DNA of 64,000 bases, from NCBI RefSeq assembly GCF_009834535.1, contig NC_045697.1, positions 116,934,001 through 116,998,000 on the forward strand, read 5' to 3'. Each line of letters starts with the position of its first letter. Within the stretch, counting starts at the first letter, position 1. This document shows, piece by piece, positions 51,129 to 63,230 of the stretch. A program made the position numbers and the translations under genes. The notes below the pieces were generated by a model. It did not search any database. It was not told the origin of the DNA and worked only from the letters and a program-made list of their open reading frames with translations. This stretch comes from Camelus ferus. Taxonomy: Eukaryota.

Positions 51129-51690
51129 GTGATGAAAGACTGTAATTTCCAAAGATGGTCACTACGGTACCTCTCAAGCCATGTGATTTCCTGACGTGTG
51201 TCTTTCACGCCCCTTCCGTTGAGAGGTTAGACTTCCATCCCACGCACTGGAAACACAGAAGACTGTTGAGACGGTTTCGACTGGTCAAGTTTGACCCAAG
51301 TGTTGCTTGATGACTTCCAAGATCAAGTCATAAGTAGAATTTCAGCTTTTCCATCTTTCTCACCGAACCAGTCCCTGTGGAGTCTTGGCTGAAATACGAG
51401 TAGTTCTACTGCCATAAAGTCACCGTGATGTCAGGAAGTTCAAGCTGTCCCACCCAAGGAGACCACATGGAAAAGCTATGAGATTATGGGAAGAGAATGA
51501 GATAGACGGTCAGCCCCAGTTGTCCCATTTTCACCTGCAACCTCACTGCAATTTCATGAGTCACTCAGCTACATCTGCCCAGCCAAGTTACTTATGGATT
51601 TCTAACAGATAAAAATCATGAGAAATAGTATTGTTGTTTTATGACACTAAGATTTTTGGGAGATTTGTTTTACAGCATTAGTAACTGATA
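51129..51690 (+). mobile_element. MaLR solo LTR (MLT1F/G/H-like)
   Basis: tccaaagatggtcac, gacttccaag...gtcataa, ggagaccacatgga, ctgcccagccaag, ttgttgttttatgacactaag...ttgttttacagcattagtaactga. Confidence 0.8.
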
Positions 51691-51777
51691 TGATTATTTC
51701 CCCAGTCTTTCTCAAATTTATTTCTTAAAAGATTTCCTCAACAAGCTTGTTTGTTTCAAACTCACATGTACGTATGT

Positions 51778-51862
51778 AAGATTTACTTTTATTTTTATAA
51801 GATCATTTACTTATATAAGATCACATATTATTTACTAAAATAAGATCATTTACTTATATGAG
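51778..51862. repeat. Short local tandem duplications of taagatcatttacttata
   Basis: 18-mer at ~51798 and 51841, with partial copies between. Confidence 0.8.
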
Positions 51863-51869
51863 AACATTG

Positions 51870-52400
51870 TTAAGATTTGGGTCTAAATTGGCTTGTTCAT
51901 CTCTAGATAAAAGAGAGAATGCATTTGATATCTTCAAACTATTGCTTTCCAACCTATGGAATTTTCTTAAATACAGCAAATATTCTTCATTTCAGCAATG
52001 GAGTAAAATATCATTTAAGTCCTCCGCAGACCTCTCTGCTTTGCGTGAAAGCGGGAAGTCAGCATTAGTATGCAGGATGAGGAGAAGTGTGGTCCTTACA
52101 CTGCACATAAATTAGGTCATTTTAACTGTAGCCACCCTGTCCTTGGGGATGCCCCTGCTGAAGGCATGTCTTAAACAGCACCCCATTTCCAGAGTTAGAG
52201 AGAATGTGGATTAATTACACTGTGGAATCTGTTCTCTGTTCATATGCATTCTGTTCCTTGAGCATTGTTTCATCCAGAAGCTGAGTATGTGTGAACAGCA
52301 CGGTTAGAGTCTGGCTCAATGTTGCTGGAATCACAGTGGCTATGATTCCACTTTGCTGACCACTTGGAAGCCAGACATATGTCAATGGATACAGAATTTT
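51870..52400 (-). mobile_element. Probable ancient non-LTR RT remnant (RTE-X/L4-like)
   Basis: Frameshifted minus-strand translation gives, in order, EQNAY..RTDSTV, GHPQG..NDL, ILHTNAD.PLSR, GLRR, HC*NEEYLL. Confidence 0.5.
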
Positions 52401-52654
52401 GATCATCTTTAGTTCTATCTATTGTTCAGTTAGCATCAACAATTTTTCCAGGATACTATGGAGGGCAACCTTTTTTTTTTTTTATGTTTAATTCCAGCAC
52501 ATATGGTAAGACAGTTGCTGATAATTAGGTTTTTTATTGGTAGAATGCATCTCCTTTTTTATTGCCTTAAATGGCAAGTACTTTGACACTTTATTTGGTA
52601 TATTATGTGAACTCAAAGATACTTGTTGAATGAATATCTTTGTGTCATCAAATA

Positions 52655-52812
52655 CCCGGATTTGAATCCCCCTCCACCATTCCTAGTTGTACGACCTCTC
52701 TCTTCCTTTGGTTCTTCATCTGTGAAATGGGGATGATAATAATAGCTTCTACTCATTAGGGTGGACTGAATGATCCTACAGGGAAAGGATGTTAAAAAAC
52801 GTGCCAGCATAT
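52655..52812 (+). mobile_element. MIR SINE
   Basis: ccggatttgaatccc...ttcttcatctgtgaaatggggatgataatagcttctactcattaggg. Confidence 0.85.
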
Positions 52813-52834
52813 TCATAGCAAAAGCTGCCGTGAT

Positions 52835-52958
52835 GGGGGAGGGTACAGCTCAGTGGCAGAGCGCATGCTTAGCGTGCATGAGGTCCTGGGTTCAGGTACC
52901 ACCACTAAAAAAAAAAAAAAAAGAAAGAGAAAAAAAAGAAACAAAACCAAAAACAAAA
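52835..52958 (+). mobile_element. Camelid tRNA-derived SINE (Vic-1-like, short form)
   Basis: ggggagggtacagctcagtggcagagcgcatgcttagcgtgcatgaggtcctgggttca plus A-rich tail; approximate TSD aaaa(t)gctgcc at 52820-52829 and 52955-52965. Confidence 0.92.
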
Positions 52959-53033
52959 TGCTGCCTTTAGTCACCCAACATGCCCAGAGATAGCGTCTAC
53001 CGTCTTGCCCAACCCAGCAGGGTAAAACTAGAG

Positions 53034-53185
53034 CGCTGGTTCTTCCGTTGGCTTTGGATAGGAAAACTTCTGGGTTCCCACACTTAGTGAGTTTGATTTA
53101 ATTGGTTTGGGGTTGGACCTGGGTGTAGAGATTTATAAAGGCTCCCCAGGAATCCTAAAGTGCAGCCCCAGAGAAAGAAATTCTG
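53034..53185. mobile_element. MER5A hAT MITE
   Basis: tgatttaattggtttggggttggacctggg...gctccccagg...cctaaagtgcagcc; hAT-type 8 bp TSD aactagag / gactagat. Confidence 0.82.
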
Positions 53186-54497
53186 GACTAGATGTGGTAA
53201 ATAAAGGCTTGGCTACCACTCAATCTTACTGGCTTTTCCTCGGGACATCTGGGAATCAGCAATAATACATCAAAATCGCTCTGCTTAGATTTACAGCTCC
53301 TTTTGTGCCAGGTGAAATCAAGATAGATAATATCTTTATAATCTTAACATTGTTTAGGTTAAGATTAACGCCTCTTAAGCCAGGGTGTGTGGGTTGTTAA
53401 ATTTGCTGTGGCAGGGCCATCTTTGTGAGAGATGAACATCCTGATTAATCATGAATTTTACACGTGTCTATACTTCAGAAGTGATGATTGTGTATTTCCA
53501 AACTTGCTTTGCAGGGACTGCTGCTTTGGTCTGGTATCAGGGAACAGAATGGCTGGTACCCTGAAGAGGCACATGTTGTGCTGTAAGAATTCCTTAAGCA
53601 TGATGTTGGCGGCTGACAAGATGAAAAATGGCTCTGTGATTCATTTCCAGTCTCAGGCTTATAGAAGCACTTAAATATTTTGAAATGCCCTCCCACATCC
53701 TGTGATTGTGCTAAATCAGAACTGAAAAGCTCTCAGCAGGCTGGATGTGATCCCAGGGTTAAGATCCCCTATTCTTTATTTTCTTTTTCACAACACACTT
53801 AGTGCTAGAAAAATAAAGTTTATGAGGAAGTATTAAGTATGCTTAACAGGCACATTTGAGCTCCAACCCTACTATCCTACTCAGTTATAAATTATCTCCT
53901 AAAGTAAAAAATAAAATAAAAAAGGCCCATACGTCTCACATGCCCCTAAACACCGAGCGCAGGGAATGGAAAAACGCATCCGTGGATCCGTGGAGCCATT
54001 TGCAATTCCAGAACATTCTGGGCCGGTCTTTCAAATCTTCCGTGCTTTGATGCTTTGTAAAGTTACTCTTAAGCAATGTTGTGTCTGTGACCCTGAGTCA
54101 GGTGACCAGGCCAGTGGACCCTCTTCGTGTGAAGTGTTGCCGCTGACACAGAGACGCTTCTCTGGTCCTTGAATGTATAGACTTTGAAAGCAACACCGGA
54201 AACAGCCAGATGGGAAACACATGTTGATCCCATTCAGAAAACGCCACTCTTTGCTTAGATTCAACATAAGCTCTGCATCAAGGAAGAATGAGAGGTCATT
54301 AAAGAGCAACAGATGCTCACTCGAAATGTACAAACAATAGCGGGAGAGCCCACAGAGACGGTCCGGCTGAGACTGCTTCTAGCTGTTGGTGGCCAGAAGG
54401 GGGGAGCCCTGAAATTTCCAGATAGCTGACTATATGATACCCAAATAACAGACTGTATTTTTAAACACAGACTTACGGCTGTCATAGTCATTATGCT

Positions 54498-54615
54498 TTT
54501 ATTCATCCAACGAACATGTCTAGAGCCCGTACCAGGGGTCACGCATTATGATAGGAGTTGGGACCTCGTGGTGACAAGATGAGCAGGGTCTGTTTCACCA
54601 TGGAGCCCTCGGGGG
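54498..54615 (-). mobile_element. L2 3' terminus
   Basis: ttattcatccaacgaacatg...gagccc...gtgacaagatgagcagggtc...catggagc. Confidence 0.65.
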
Positions 54616-54711
54616 CATCAGAGAAGCACCAAGAGGAAATGATGGCATATATATAGCAGCAGAGCCAACACGGGTAAGTCCACCAAAATCTGGAGGGATC
54701 CAAATGCGTGT

Positions 54712-54920
54712 AGGGAACTTAGTATATGTGAGACGCTCTCCTAAATGCCCACGCAGAGTAGCTCGTTTAATCTTGCAACAGTCTGTGAGGTGGACTCAGT
54801 TAATACTCTTCTTTAATATTGGAGAGAAATGAAACACAGAGAGGCTAAGTCACTTGTGCAGGGTCACCCAGCTAGCAAGCGCCAGGGCTGAGGGGCTCTC
54901 CTTTCCAGATGGCCTGGTTC
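54712..54920 (-). mobile_element. MIR SINE
   Basis: ctcgtttaatcttgcaacagtctgtgaggt...aaatgaaacacagagaggctaagtcacttgtgcagggtcacccagctag. Confidence 0.85.
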
Positions 54921-55459
54921 TGTTTTACATTTTGAGCTCTATTACAGGCCAGTATTACAATGATTAGACACTCATGTGTTTTAAGAGAAAGCATATTCGT
55001 TCAAGTAATTCTAACACAATAAGCCTTCGGTGTTCACGATCTGACGCCATGGGACACGTTCAGGAGAGAAAGGACCGGCAAGAAAACTTGAATGAGAGCC
55101 AACAGAGAGACCACAGAGGGAAAGGGCTGCTTTCTGTGCAATGCCTTAATGTTCAAAATCTTTTTAGAAGCATGAGTCTTATGTTTTCAAATTTAAAAAT
55201 AATTAGTATGTATTGTAGAACATTTGTAAATACAGAAAAGGAAAAAGGCCAAAAGTCCTCAGTGATCAACCTTGCTATCCACAGAGAACATCTGGCTTCT
55301 TAGTGTTCTTTTTTCTGCATGATTTACATACATAATTATGATAATGTGACAGTGATTATGAAGCCAACTCGCAGCCTCCTTCTCACAGCTATTACTATAA
55401 CGTGGACATATCTCATGGCACAAAAAGTTATTTCTAAACTTCATTTTTGAAAGCAGTCC

Positions 55460-55663
55460 CGGGATGTGCAAATACTACTATATATAAAACAGATGAGAAA
55501 CAGATTTCTTCTGTATAGTACAGGGAACTGTATTCAATATCTTGCAGTAACCTATAATGAAAAAGAATATGAAAATAAATATATGTATGTATAGGTATGA
55601 CTGAAGCATTGTGCCGTACACCAGAAATTGACACATTGTAACTGATTATACTTCAGTTAAAAA
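55460..55663 (+). mobile_element. 5'-truncated L1 3' end
   Basis: tactatatataaaacagat...cagggaactgtattcaatatcttg...caccagaaattgacacattgtaactg...cttcagttaaaa; TSD aaagcagtc at 55450-55458 and 55664-55672. Confidence 0.92.
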
Positions 55664-57053
55664 AAAGCAGTCTGCATCCATCCCCTGAGGAGAAGGGCAT
55701 TCTCTTCCGCACTATTCCTCGATACCAGTGTTACCCAGAACACGATCCTTACCTGTGTCAGCCTGGTGGTTTCGGAGTGAATATGTCCTTTTTTTTTTAA
55801 TCTTTACCATATCAGGAAGGATGGTCTGGCACTGCGGAAAATTTTTTAACCAAAAGCATTGAGAGAGAGAGAGAAAAAAGAAAAGGTTTCAGTAAAGAGC
55901 ATGCATTCTGAAAGGAGGAGGCTTGAATTTTATTCCTGTCAACTGCTAACTGAGTGACCTCTGAAAAGTTGTACCATTTTTAAAGAAATTCAAATGAAAA
56001 TAAAGGCTTGAATCTGGAGATCACTTTGAGACTCGACACCTTAATGCTTTCTAATGTTAATATTTTGTGATTATAATTAAATTCAATAAATAAATGCATA
56101 TGTATTAGGTTATTTGATGCTTTTCAAAGATAGTTCCCAGGAATTAAAAAAAAATTAATCTAGCGAGAGGGGAATTAGACAGAAATACTGAAAACAATGC
56201 ACATGGGGTATTCCTGTCTTTTCATAAATTTCACATGTTTCAACTTAAAAGGAAATTTTTTAACCTATCAAAATAAATAATTCACAAATTAGGATTCTTC
56301 CTAGTGGAATCGTAGACCATCTAGCATTTATTGATTTCACGTTTTAAGTTTTTCCTCATTACTGAAGGTACAGTAATTAAAGAAGAAGGCAGTTCTTCCA
56401 GGCACTGAGGCTACAATGCCTGCTTATTACTCAAACAACATTCTGGAACAAAGGACTGGGAAATATATATTTGTTACATGGATGAAACGTAGTGTTAAAA
56501 AATATTAAGGGCGGTAGTTTGGATTCTGACTCAAAGAGTATCTCCCAAACAATTCCCCGTAGTGCTGTGGTTAACAATTTTTCTTGACTTACGTATCTAG
56601 CAAAAATGTCACCCATGTAACCACCGGTGTAACTGAGGGAAATTTAAAAGACCTTAGCGTGATTATCTCTGAAAAGTCGTATCCAGGAGTCAAGTGATTC
56701 CTGATCATAGGTGGAATTTAAAAATCTTTTGCATGTACTAAATTAGAAAAGAAAGAAGTCCAATCAGTAAAAGGAAAAAAAAAAAAATAAAAGAGTTCTC
56801 TTTGTATGTGGAAAGGCAAGATACATAAAATGTATTTGACAGAAAAAAAAGTAGCTTCAATGAAAATATTAATAATGTATCTTCAATCAAAGAATACATG
56901 AAAATATTTTAGTGTCATGTAAAAGAAAGAAATACTAAAGATAAATACAGCTTTTTGACATTTATCCTTAACTCCTTGGCCAACCGCACCTGAATCAGAG
57001 CACTTCCTAGAGATCTTGGCTTACTTTTATGAGCCAGGTGTCTGTCTTCTCTG

Positions 57054-57200
57054 TTTTATTGAAGTGTAGTCGATTTACAATGTTAGTTTCAGGTGTAGAG
57101 CAAAGTGATTCAGTTATACAAATATATGTATCTATATATATATGTATCTATAGATGTAAGTATTTTTTCCGTTTCTTTTCCATTAGGCTTATTACAAGGG
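57054..57200 (-). mobile_element. Short L1 3' end
   Basis: ttttattgaagtgtagtcgatttacaatgttagtttcaggtgtagagcaaagtgattcagttataca. Confidence 0.9.
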
Positions 57201-59924
57201 GAAAAGACAGCCTTTTCTACACGACCCAGGACCGGCTCAGGTGATGTGTGTGACACCCCGTAAGGAGGCACTGCTTCTGTAGCTGTTGAAATCTGAAGAC
57301 AGAACCGTCTTCTGACAGCTGTGCGGTTGGTCTGTGGCCACAGTGGAAGGACCCGTGTGCTGGGGACTGTTGGCTCTTCCAGTAACCCCTGGCCCTGTCT
57401 GAGCATTTTTGATTCGAAACAACTGTCATTAGCTCCCTTCGAATTGAAAACTACCTCCAGAACTGGAAAATGCCCATGGAGAGGATGCTTCAAATGCTTT
57501 CTGAAAAAAGGTCCTCAAACAATTCACCCATCAGCAAGTCTTGGATCTCCCCCTATTTCAGGAACTTGCCCGATGCTGTGAACTCAACAAAGGTCCTATA
57601 AGGTTTTTATTTTTTTTTTTTCTAAATTGAAGGAGTGAAATTGTCCAATTTTAAAGGATAGATCAGACCCATTTCAGCAAATTTGAATGAGGAGGTTGAA
57701 CAAAAATGTAACTTACTTTCTTACAAAGAACAAATCAAACCATCTTTTCTTTTTGATCATGAGCTATTGAGAACATTATGTTTCCTTTCCTGTTTCTTAA
57801 CTTGAATATCAAATATCCTTACAATTTGATCTCCCCACTGTCAGAAGAGATACCACAGGTCTTTAATTTCTGTTCTCTTTAGTCATATTTCATGGGTTCT
57901 TCGTTCTCATTCTCCTCCAAATACCATTCAGTGGAAGATAATTAGCTATTTAAGGAAATTCAAATAAAAAATTTCAGCATATTTCCAGTATACAATATGT
58001 GTTCTTAATATTTATTTGATTTTCTTTTCTGGAGAGCTTTTACTTTCATATAATATAAGCATTATGACTGATTGGAAGTCCATTCTATAGGCCATTTCTT
58101 CCTTTATCCTAATGTTAACTGAGAAAATTTCCAGCAGAAGAGATACATTTCAAGAAATCCTACATTGAGCTTGCCAAGCACAGCATGGTAGTCTCACTCC
58201 TGTGCCCCTTCGATTTATGTCAAAACAAGAAAGAACCCATCCTTCAACTCTGAAGAATTTCTTCTGATGGATTGGATAGAGAATGAACATTTTCCAGAAA
58301 CGTATTAGACAGAAACTCTATAAAACTATTGCACTAAATACTGATGACAGGAAGGTAATGACCTTCATAGGGAAAAAAATCTCTCCCCACAAAGTACCTT
58401 AAAGATCATCTGTTAAAGATTACTTCATGTTTCTCAAGAGTTACTCAAGCCAATCATGTTACATTCATATTTGCATTTATGTATACATAGTTGGGCAGTT
58501 TAAACACCGTGTTTATATCTAATGGATCATAGTTCATGAAAAAGACGCCTTTGGTCGTCAACATCTCTGACTAATTAAACACAAGCTAACAGCGAACTCA
58601 AGAACGATGCTCATAGGATGATTCCAGCCTTTCAGTCTTTAAGGAAATTGAGAAGGACCTCCTATCTGTGAACAGAGGCCTCTCTAAATAACCAAATTAA
58701 GCCTTCTAGAATGGTTAAGAATAACATTCTTAAATTCCACGATCCAAATTGAGCTTAAGACTTAATTTTAAAAAAGACAGAAAATGAAAATAAGATTTAA
58801 ATTACTTACAAAATTACCTGATATACGGGAATATGTTACATGATGCCAGTTAAGGCTGCGTATTCTTCCACTTCACTAAAAGCCAATGCTTATAGAGGAT
58901 ATGGAAAATGATCAAGCTCGTGTTTTTCCTTATCTGTCCTCAAATGGTTGGCATATGTTAACCTCTCAGTGTTCTGAAACTGAATAGATGCATTTTCATT
59001 ATAGGTACCTCATAAAATGTGGCAATTTCTGAATGCTTTTTGTGATGATCAAAACCAACTCTCCCAATTTTAAAACAATAATATTTAAACTATCAAGTAT
59101 AGTGACAAGCAGACTTTAACAGCAATGAATGATCATTTTAAACTCTTTTATCTGCTGACAGCAATGACCAGGGGTTCTATTTTCTACATTTCTTACTCTT
59201 CTTGAAATAAATGATGCAATTTCCTATGCTTAATTTTTGTAAAGACGGAATCACTTATAATGAAGGAATGCTCATTGGCACTGATTCTGTAAGAGTTTAG
59301 TGATGGTTACAGACTCTGCCTCCATTTGGTCATTTGTTCGTGTATCCATGGTAACAGCTTGGCTTTTGTGGGAACCACATTCGGCTACAGCCATTGATAT
59401 GCTGCAGTGTAAATAAACCTCAAGCAGTGTTTTGGGGGGTTGTCAAGCTAATTTATGTCTTTCAGACATTTTCTCACTGTATTATATGATATTTCACTTA
59501 GAGATGTCCACTGCTGCCCATGTAAGGCCCCCAAATTTACTCTTCTCTCTCAAAACAGACATTGGCCATCAGACCTCTTCAGAAAATGGAACCTTGGCAC
59601 CAAAGGAAATGCCATGTCCTCATTTTTTCTCTCCTAGTGACCTGTAAAAGCTTCTGTCAAAGCATTTCCAGTGACGTAATGAATCTGTCTTTCTTGCTTG
59701 TTTTTCTCCCCATTTCATTGAGATGTAGTTGACATGGATCACTGTACAAGTTGAAGTGTTGTCTCACTCATTCACTGCCTGTGTCTTTCCCTCACATAGA
59801 CTCATGGCCATGCCCTAGAGCTTAGGTCTTATCCACCTCTGTATATGCGGGTACTTGCCCCAAATCTAGAGTATCTAGTCATTTTTTTTTTTAACAACTC
59901 TGTGTTGTGCCTCCTTGGAGGTAG

Positions 59925-60128
59925 ACTAGAGTGTTGCCTGAGAACTCATCAGATGTGTGATTATGGGCATGTCTCTGACCACTCTTTGCCTCCATTGTCT
60001 CATCTGTGAAATGAGTGTCATATTGCATCTATATTACAAGGTTGCCATGAGGATTAAGTGGTCAATGCAGGTAAAGTGCACGAAGTAAGGTGTGTACAAG
60101 ATGAATAAATGGAAGGTATTATTATTTC
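59925..60128 (+). mobile_element. MIR SINE
   Basis: tgtgtgattatgggca...ctcatctgtgaaatgag...ggttgccatgaggattaagtg...gtaaagtgc. Confidence 0.85.
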
Positions 60129-60140
60129 TAGTACTAGTCC

Positions 60141-60878
60141 TGTTGCAGAAACTCAGCCTCGGCACTCCACTTACCAAATTGAGACTCAAGGACTGAGTTT
60201 TAAATGAAGTAGAAAAGGCAGCTTTATTTCTTTGCAGGCAAAGGAGGATCACAGTGGGCTACTGCTTCAAAGACCATGAGTCTGCTGGGGAGAGAAGGCA
60301 GGGGGTTTTATAGTAAAAGTTCAAGAGTTCAAGGGGCAGAGCTGGTTTCCATAGAGATCACAGTCAGGGTAACAAATTTTTGCAATGTTGTTCTTATTTT
60401 TGCAGACCCCCTTCCCTCTACTGGGTATGAAGTTCACCTCTGGCTTTGGGATTCTCTTAATATTCTTGTTCCTAGAACAAAGTGTGCATAAGAAGGGGCT
60501 CCATGGAAAAGAGCTCCAGAGAAAACTTGTGCACTTTAAAGTCAGGTTGATAAATGCTTTTAGCCTTTTGAGAAGGCTGTGTGATGCCTGGGACCTCCTG
60601 CTGCAGGCTGAGGCCTGCAGCTGGAACAACAGGATACAAAGAAACCATAAGGGGTCAAGAGTAGGGCACTGGGGTCAGGAGCAGGGCACTGAGCATGACC
60701 CCTGCACACAGCACCAGAAAGGGGGTGGGGGGACCACCCAGGCCTCCCTCCTTTCCAGTCCAATCTTGGTCACCAAGAGCATAAGAAAGCCTTTTATACC
60801 ATGATACAGTTAGGCAGTTACAAAGACCATTGCAGACTCAGATGGTCACCGGTAATAATAGGGTCTTGCTCGGTTACA
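60141..60878 (-). mobile_element. ERV1-like solo LTR (~740 bp) inserted at the end of an L2
   Basis: TG...CA termini (tgttgca...ggttaca); antisense AATAAA in gcagctttatttct (~60222); antisense L2 text resumes at 60879 (aagcactattctggg...cagtgatgaacaa). Confidence 0.8.
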
Positions 60879-61150
60879 GTTAAGCACTATTCTGGGCCCT
60901 GGTGAGACAGTGATGAACAACCATAGAAAACTGGAGGGAGATGGAAACAGGTGCAGGGTAATCCAGGTGTATTCTGATTGTAGTTAAGTTTACACAGACA
61001 CTCAAACAGGCTCAGGTTACAGAGAATTTCTTAGGAGTGAGGGTCTAATTTAGATGGGGATGATCAAACTAAGTCATTCTGAGGAGGTTAAATCTGAGCT
61101 GATGCCTGAATTATGGAAAGAAACCAGCTATTGAAAATCTGAACTGGAAA
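60879..61150 (-). mobile_element. L2 fragment
   Basis: tctaatttagatgggg...tctgaggaggttaaatctgagctgatgcctgaa. Confidence 0.7.
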
Positions 61151-61431
61151 CAAGCTTTGTACAGATGAAAAATAGAAAGAAGTTTAGCATGTGTGCAGAT
61201 TAAAAAATGTTTATTTGAATGAGTTACTGGAAGCTTGAATGCACTGTCATATTTTGACATATTCAAATGCAAACCCAAAAGAGAGTCCTGCATTTATGCA
61301 AATATTTGGTTTATATTTTCTATAATCAAATGCTGTGGTCTAAATATTTATATATGCTATTTTTTTCAATTTCTGAAGCTGGACAGTGTAAATTGGGGTA
61401 GAATAATAGTAATTTCCTGGATACGTTTAAA

Positions 61432-61610
61432 GGTAATATTGGCTAACACTTATTGAAGGTTTTCCAAAAAAATGCTCTGAGCTGCCGTCAATAAATTCTC
61501 AAAACAAACTTCTGAGTATAACTCACCCAATAAGATGGATAATGAGACACAAAGAACTGGCTCATACTCTCAGAGAGTAAGTTATGGAGTCTGGACTGAA
61601 CCTTACTAAC
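61432..61610 (-). mobile_element. Degraded MIR
   Basis: ggctaacacttattga...attctcaaaacaaacttctgag...gatggataatgagacac...ggagtctggactgaacc. Confidence 0.6.
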
Positions 61611-62824
61611 TTGTCTTTTTTTTTTTTTTTGTAACTTGTCTTAATGACAGGATAAACCTGTCCCTTTGGCACATTTAGACAAAATGCATTCTTTTGACTT
61701 TATACATTAGAATGGTTATTTATTTAATTTGATGTTATGTGTACTTATGTTCACCAATGCACTGCTTCATGATTTCCCTACAGACAAGGTCATTGGCATA
61801 CTTTTAGGATCACGTTGTAAAACATGAGGATTGGTGCCTGTGGTACCAAGGATTCCTGGAGAGCCTTCGGAGTCCCCAGCCTGGGTGCAAGAATCAGAGC
61901 ACCGGCCCTCACCTGGTGGCAGGAATGATGAATTTACCCTCTGGGCTGTCAACCAGCGAGGCTGCAGCTGACACAATGCACCTCTGTTCTGTTTCTCTGC
62001 TGTGTCAAGTTCACAACTGATGGACCGAGTCTAGGGCTCATCAATTTCAAAAGAAAAGTGTTCTCCACTTTCTTTTCTTTCTTTCTTTGTTTCTTTTCTT
62101 TTTTCTTTTTTTTTTTTTTTTTTGGTCTCAGAAGATAAATATTTCTCATGGCACCTGTGACATGCCTATGCACCCTGCGTAAGGTCAGTGGAAATGGATG
62201 GGGTTGATGGATGAAAATGGTACACTGACTAGACGCCCATGGTGGCCTGCCTGGGAGAGCCCATGAGTCTCGCTGTGATCTCTGGTTAATGGTCAGTCCA
62301 AAGATCTCTCCACCAAAACAAACAAATAGACGTCTCGAGCAACTAATAGTGCTTCTCCTCTGGGAGACAAAATCAGGCAGGGGTGGCTGCATCTGATTTG
62401 AAAGAGACAAAGATGAGGCTCAGTAAGACAAAGAGACATTGTGTAACTTTCAGAGGGGGCAGGGGAGCCAAAGAGAGCTGCTGCCCAGAGCGGGAAGATT
62501 TGCTTCTGAGCAGAGGGGAGGGAACATGTGTGGTCCTCTTCAGTTTGTCATATTTATTTTTTTCCTTCCAGAATATCAGTGACCTTTTCTCCCAATCTAA
62601 GAATTTAACTCAGTAGAGTACATTGTATTTTGCAAACTTGGGGCCATACTGGTGAAACACAACTAAACAGCAACATCAACAATGTAACAGTGTCTACTGG
62701 TCCTTACAGGATAGCTGAAGTAGATGGCGTTTGTGAAGACGTCTGGCCTAAGGCGAGTGCCCACAGGGGATAAACACTGCTGCTGTGGGTGTTCTCAGTC
62801 CAGGGCTTATCAGGAATCAGGAAT

Positions 62825-63080
62825 GCCCACTATTTATTGAGTCTCCCCAGGCTTTTTTTTTTTTTTTTTTTTTTGATATTTCATGTGCTTTTATACATTT
62901 TCTTTAATGGAGTCATCGCAAACTTGTAAGCAAAGTCAATTTCTCATCTTATAGTCAATGGAATTGCAGTTTCAAGAAATTAAATGAATTGAACTAAGCT
63001 ATAGAAGAAAGAGGTCAGCAATCAGACCCAGATGAATCTATGATCAGGGCCCAAGGTCACTCTTTTACATCACATTGTGC
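62825..63080 (-). mobile_element. Degraded MIR with internal poly(T)
   Basis: tatttattgagt...gtgcttttatacatt...tctcatcttatag...aaattaaatgaattg. Confidence 0.6.
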
Positions 63081-63230
63081 ATATTCAATGTACAAAGAGT
63101 TGGATTCTAGTTGATAAAAAGGCAGAAAATGGGGAGAAAATGGATGGGAACTAAAGTAGAAAGTAGGCTAAAACTCCACTTTCTATTAAACCACACTTTT
63201 TTCTTCTCTCAATATTATTTCTGTCCTAAA

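Noticed and set aside
52835..52905. tRNA gene (also 19612 and 8880-8950)
   Set aside because: The tRNA-like head is followed by a SINE body or A tail and, at 8789 and 52835, flanked by TSDs; these are SINEs.
54390..54410. CTCF-like motif tggccagaaggggggagcc
   Set aside because: An extra G breaks the GGCGC/GGCAG end of the core; weak match.
57042..57210. Inverted 10-mers (ctgtcttctc / gaaaagacag) flanking an L1 fragment
   Set aside because: Short, imperfect and low complexity; probably chance.
60385..60804. 139 aa ORF
   Set aside because: Lies wholly inside an LTR and has no gag/pol/env resemblance.
61949..62410. 153 aa ORF with poly-Lys
   Set aside because: The Lys run comes from a poly(T) tract; no coding features.
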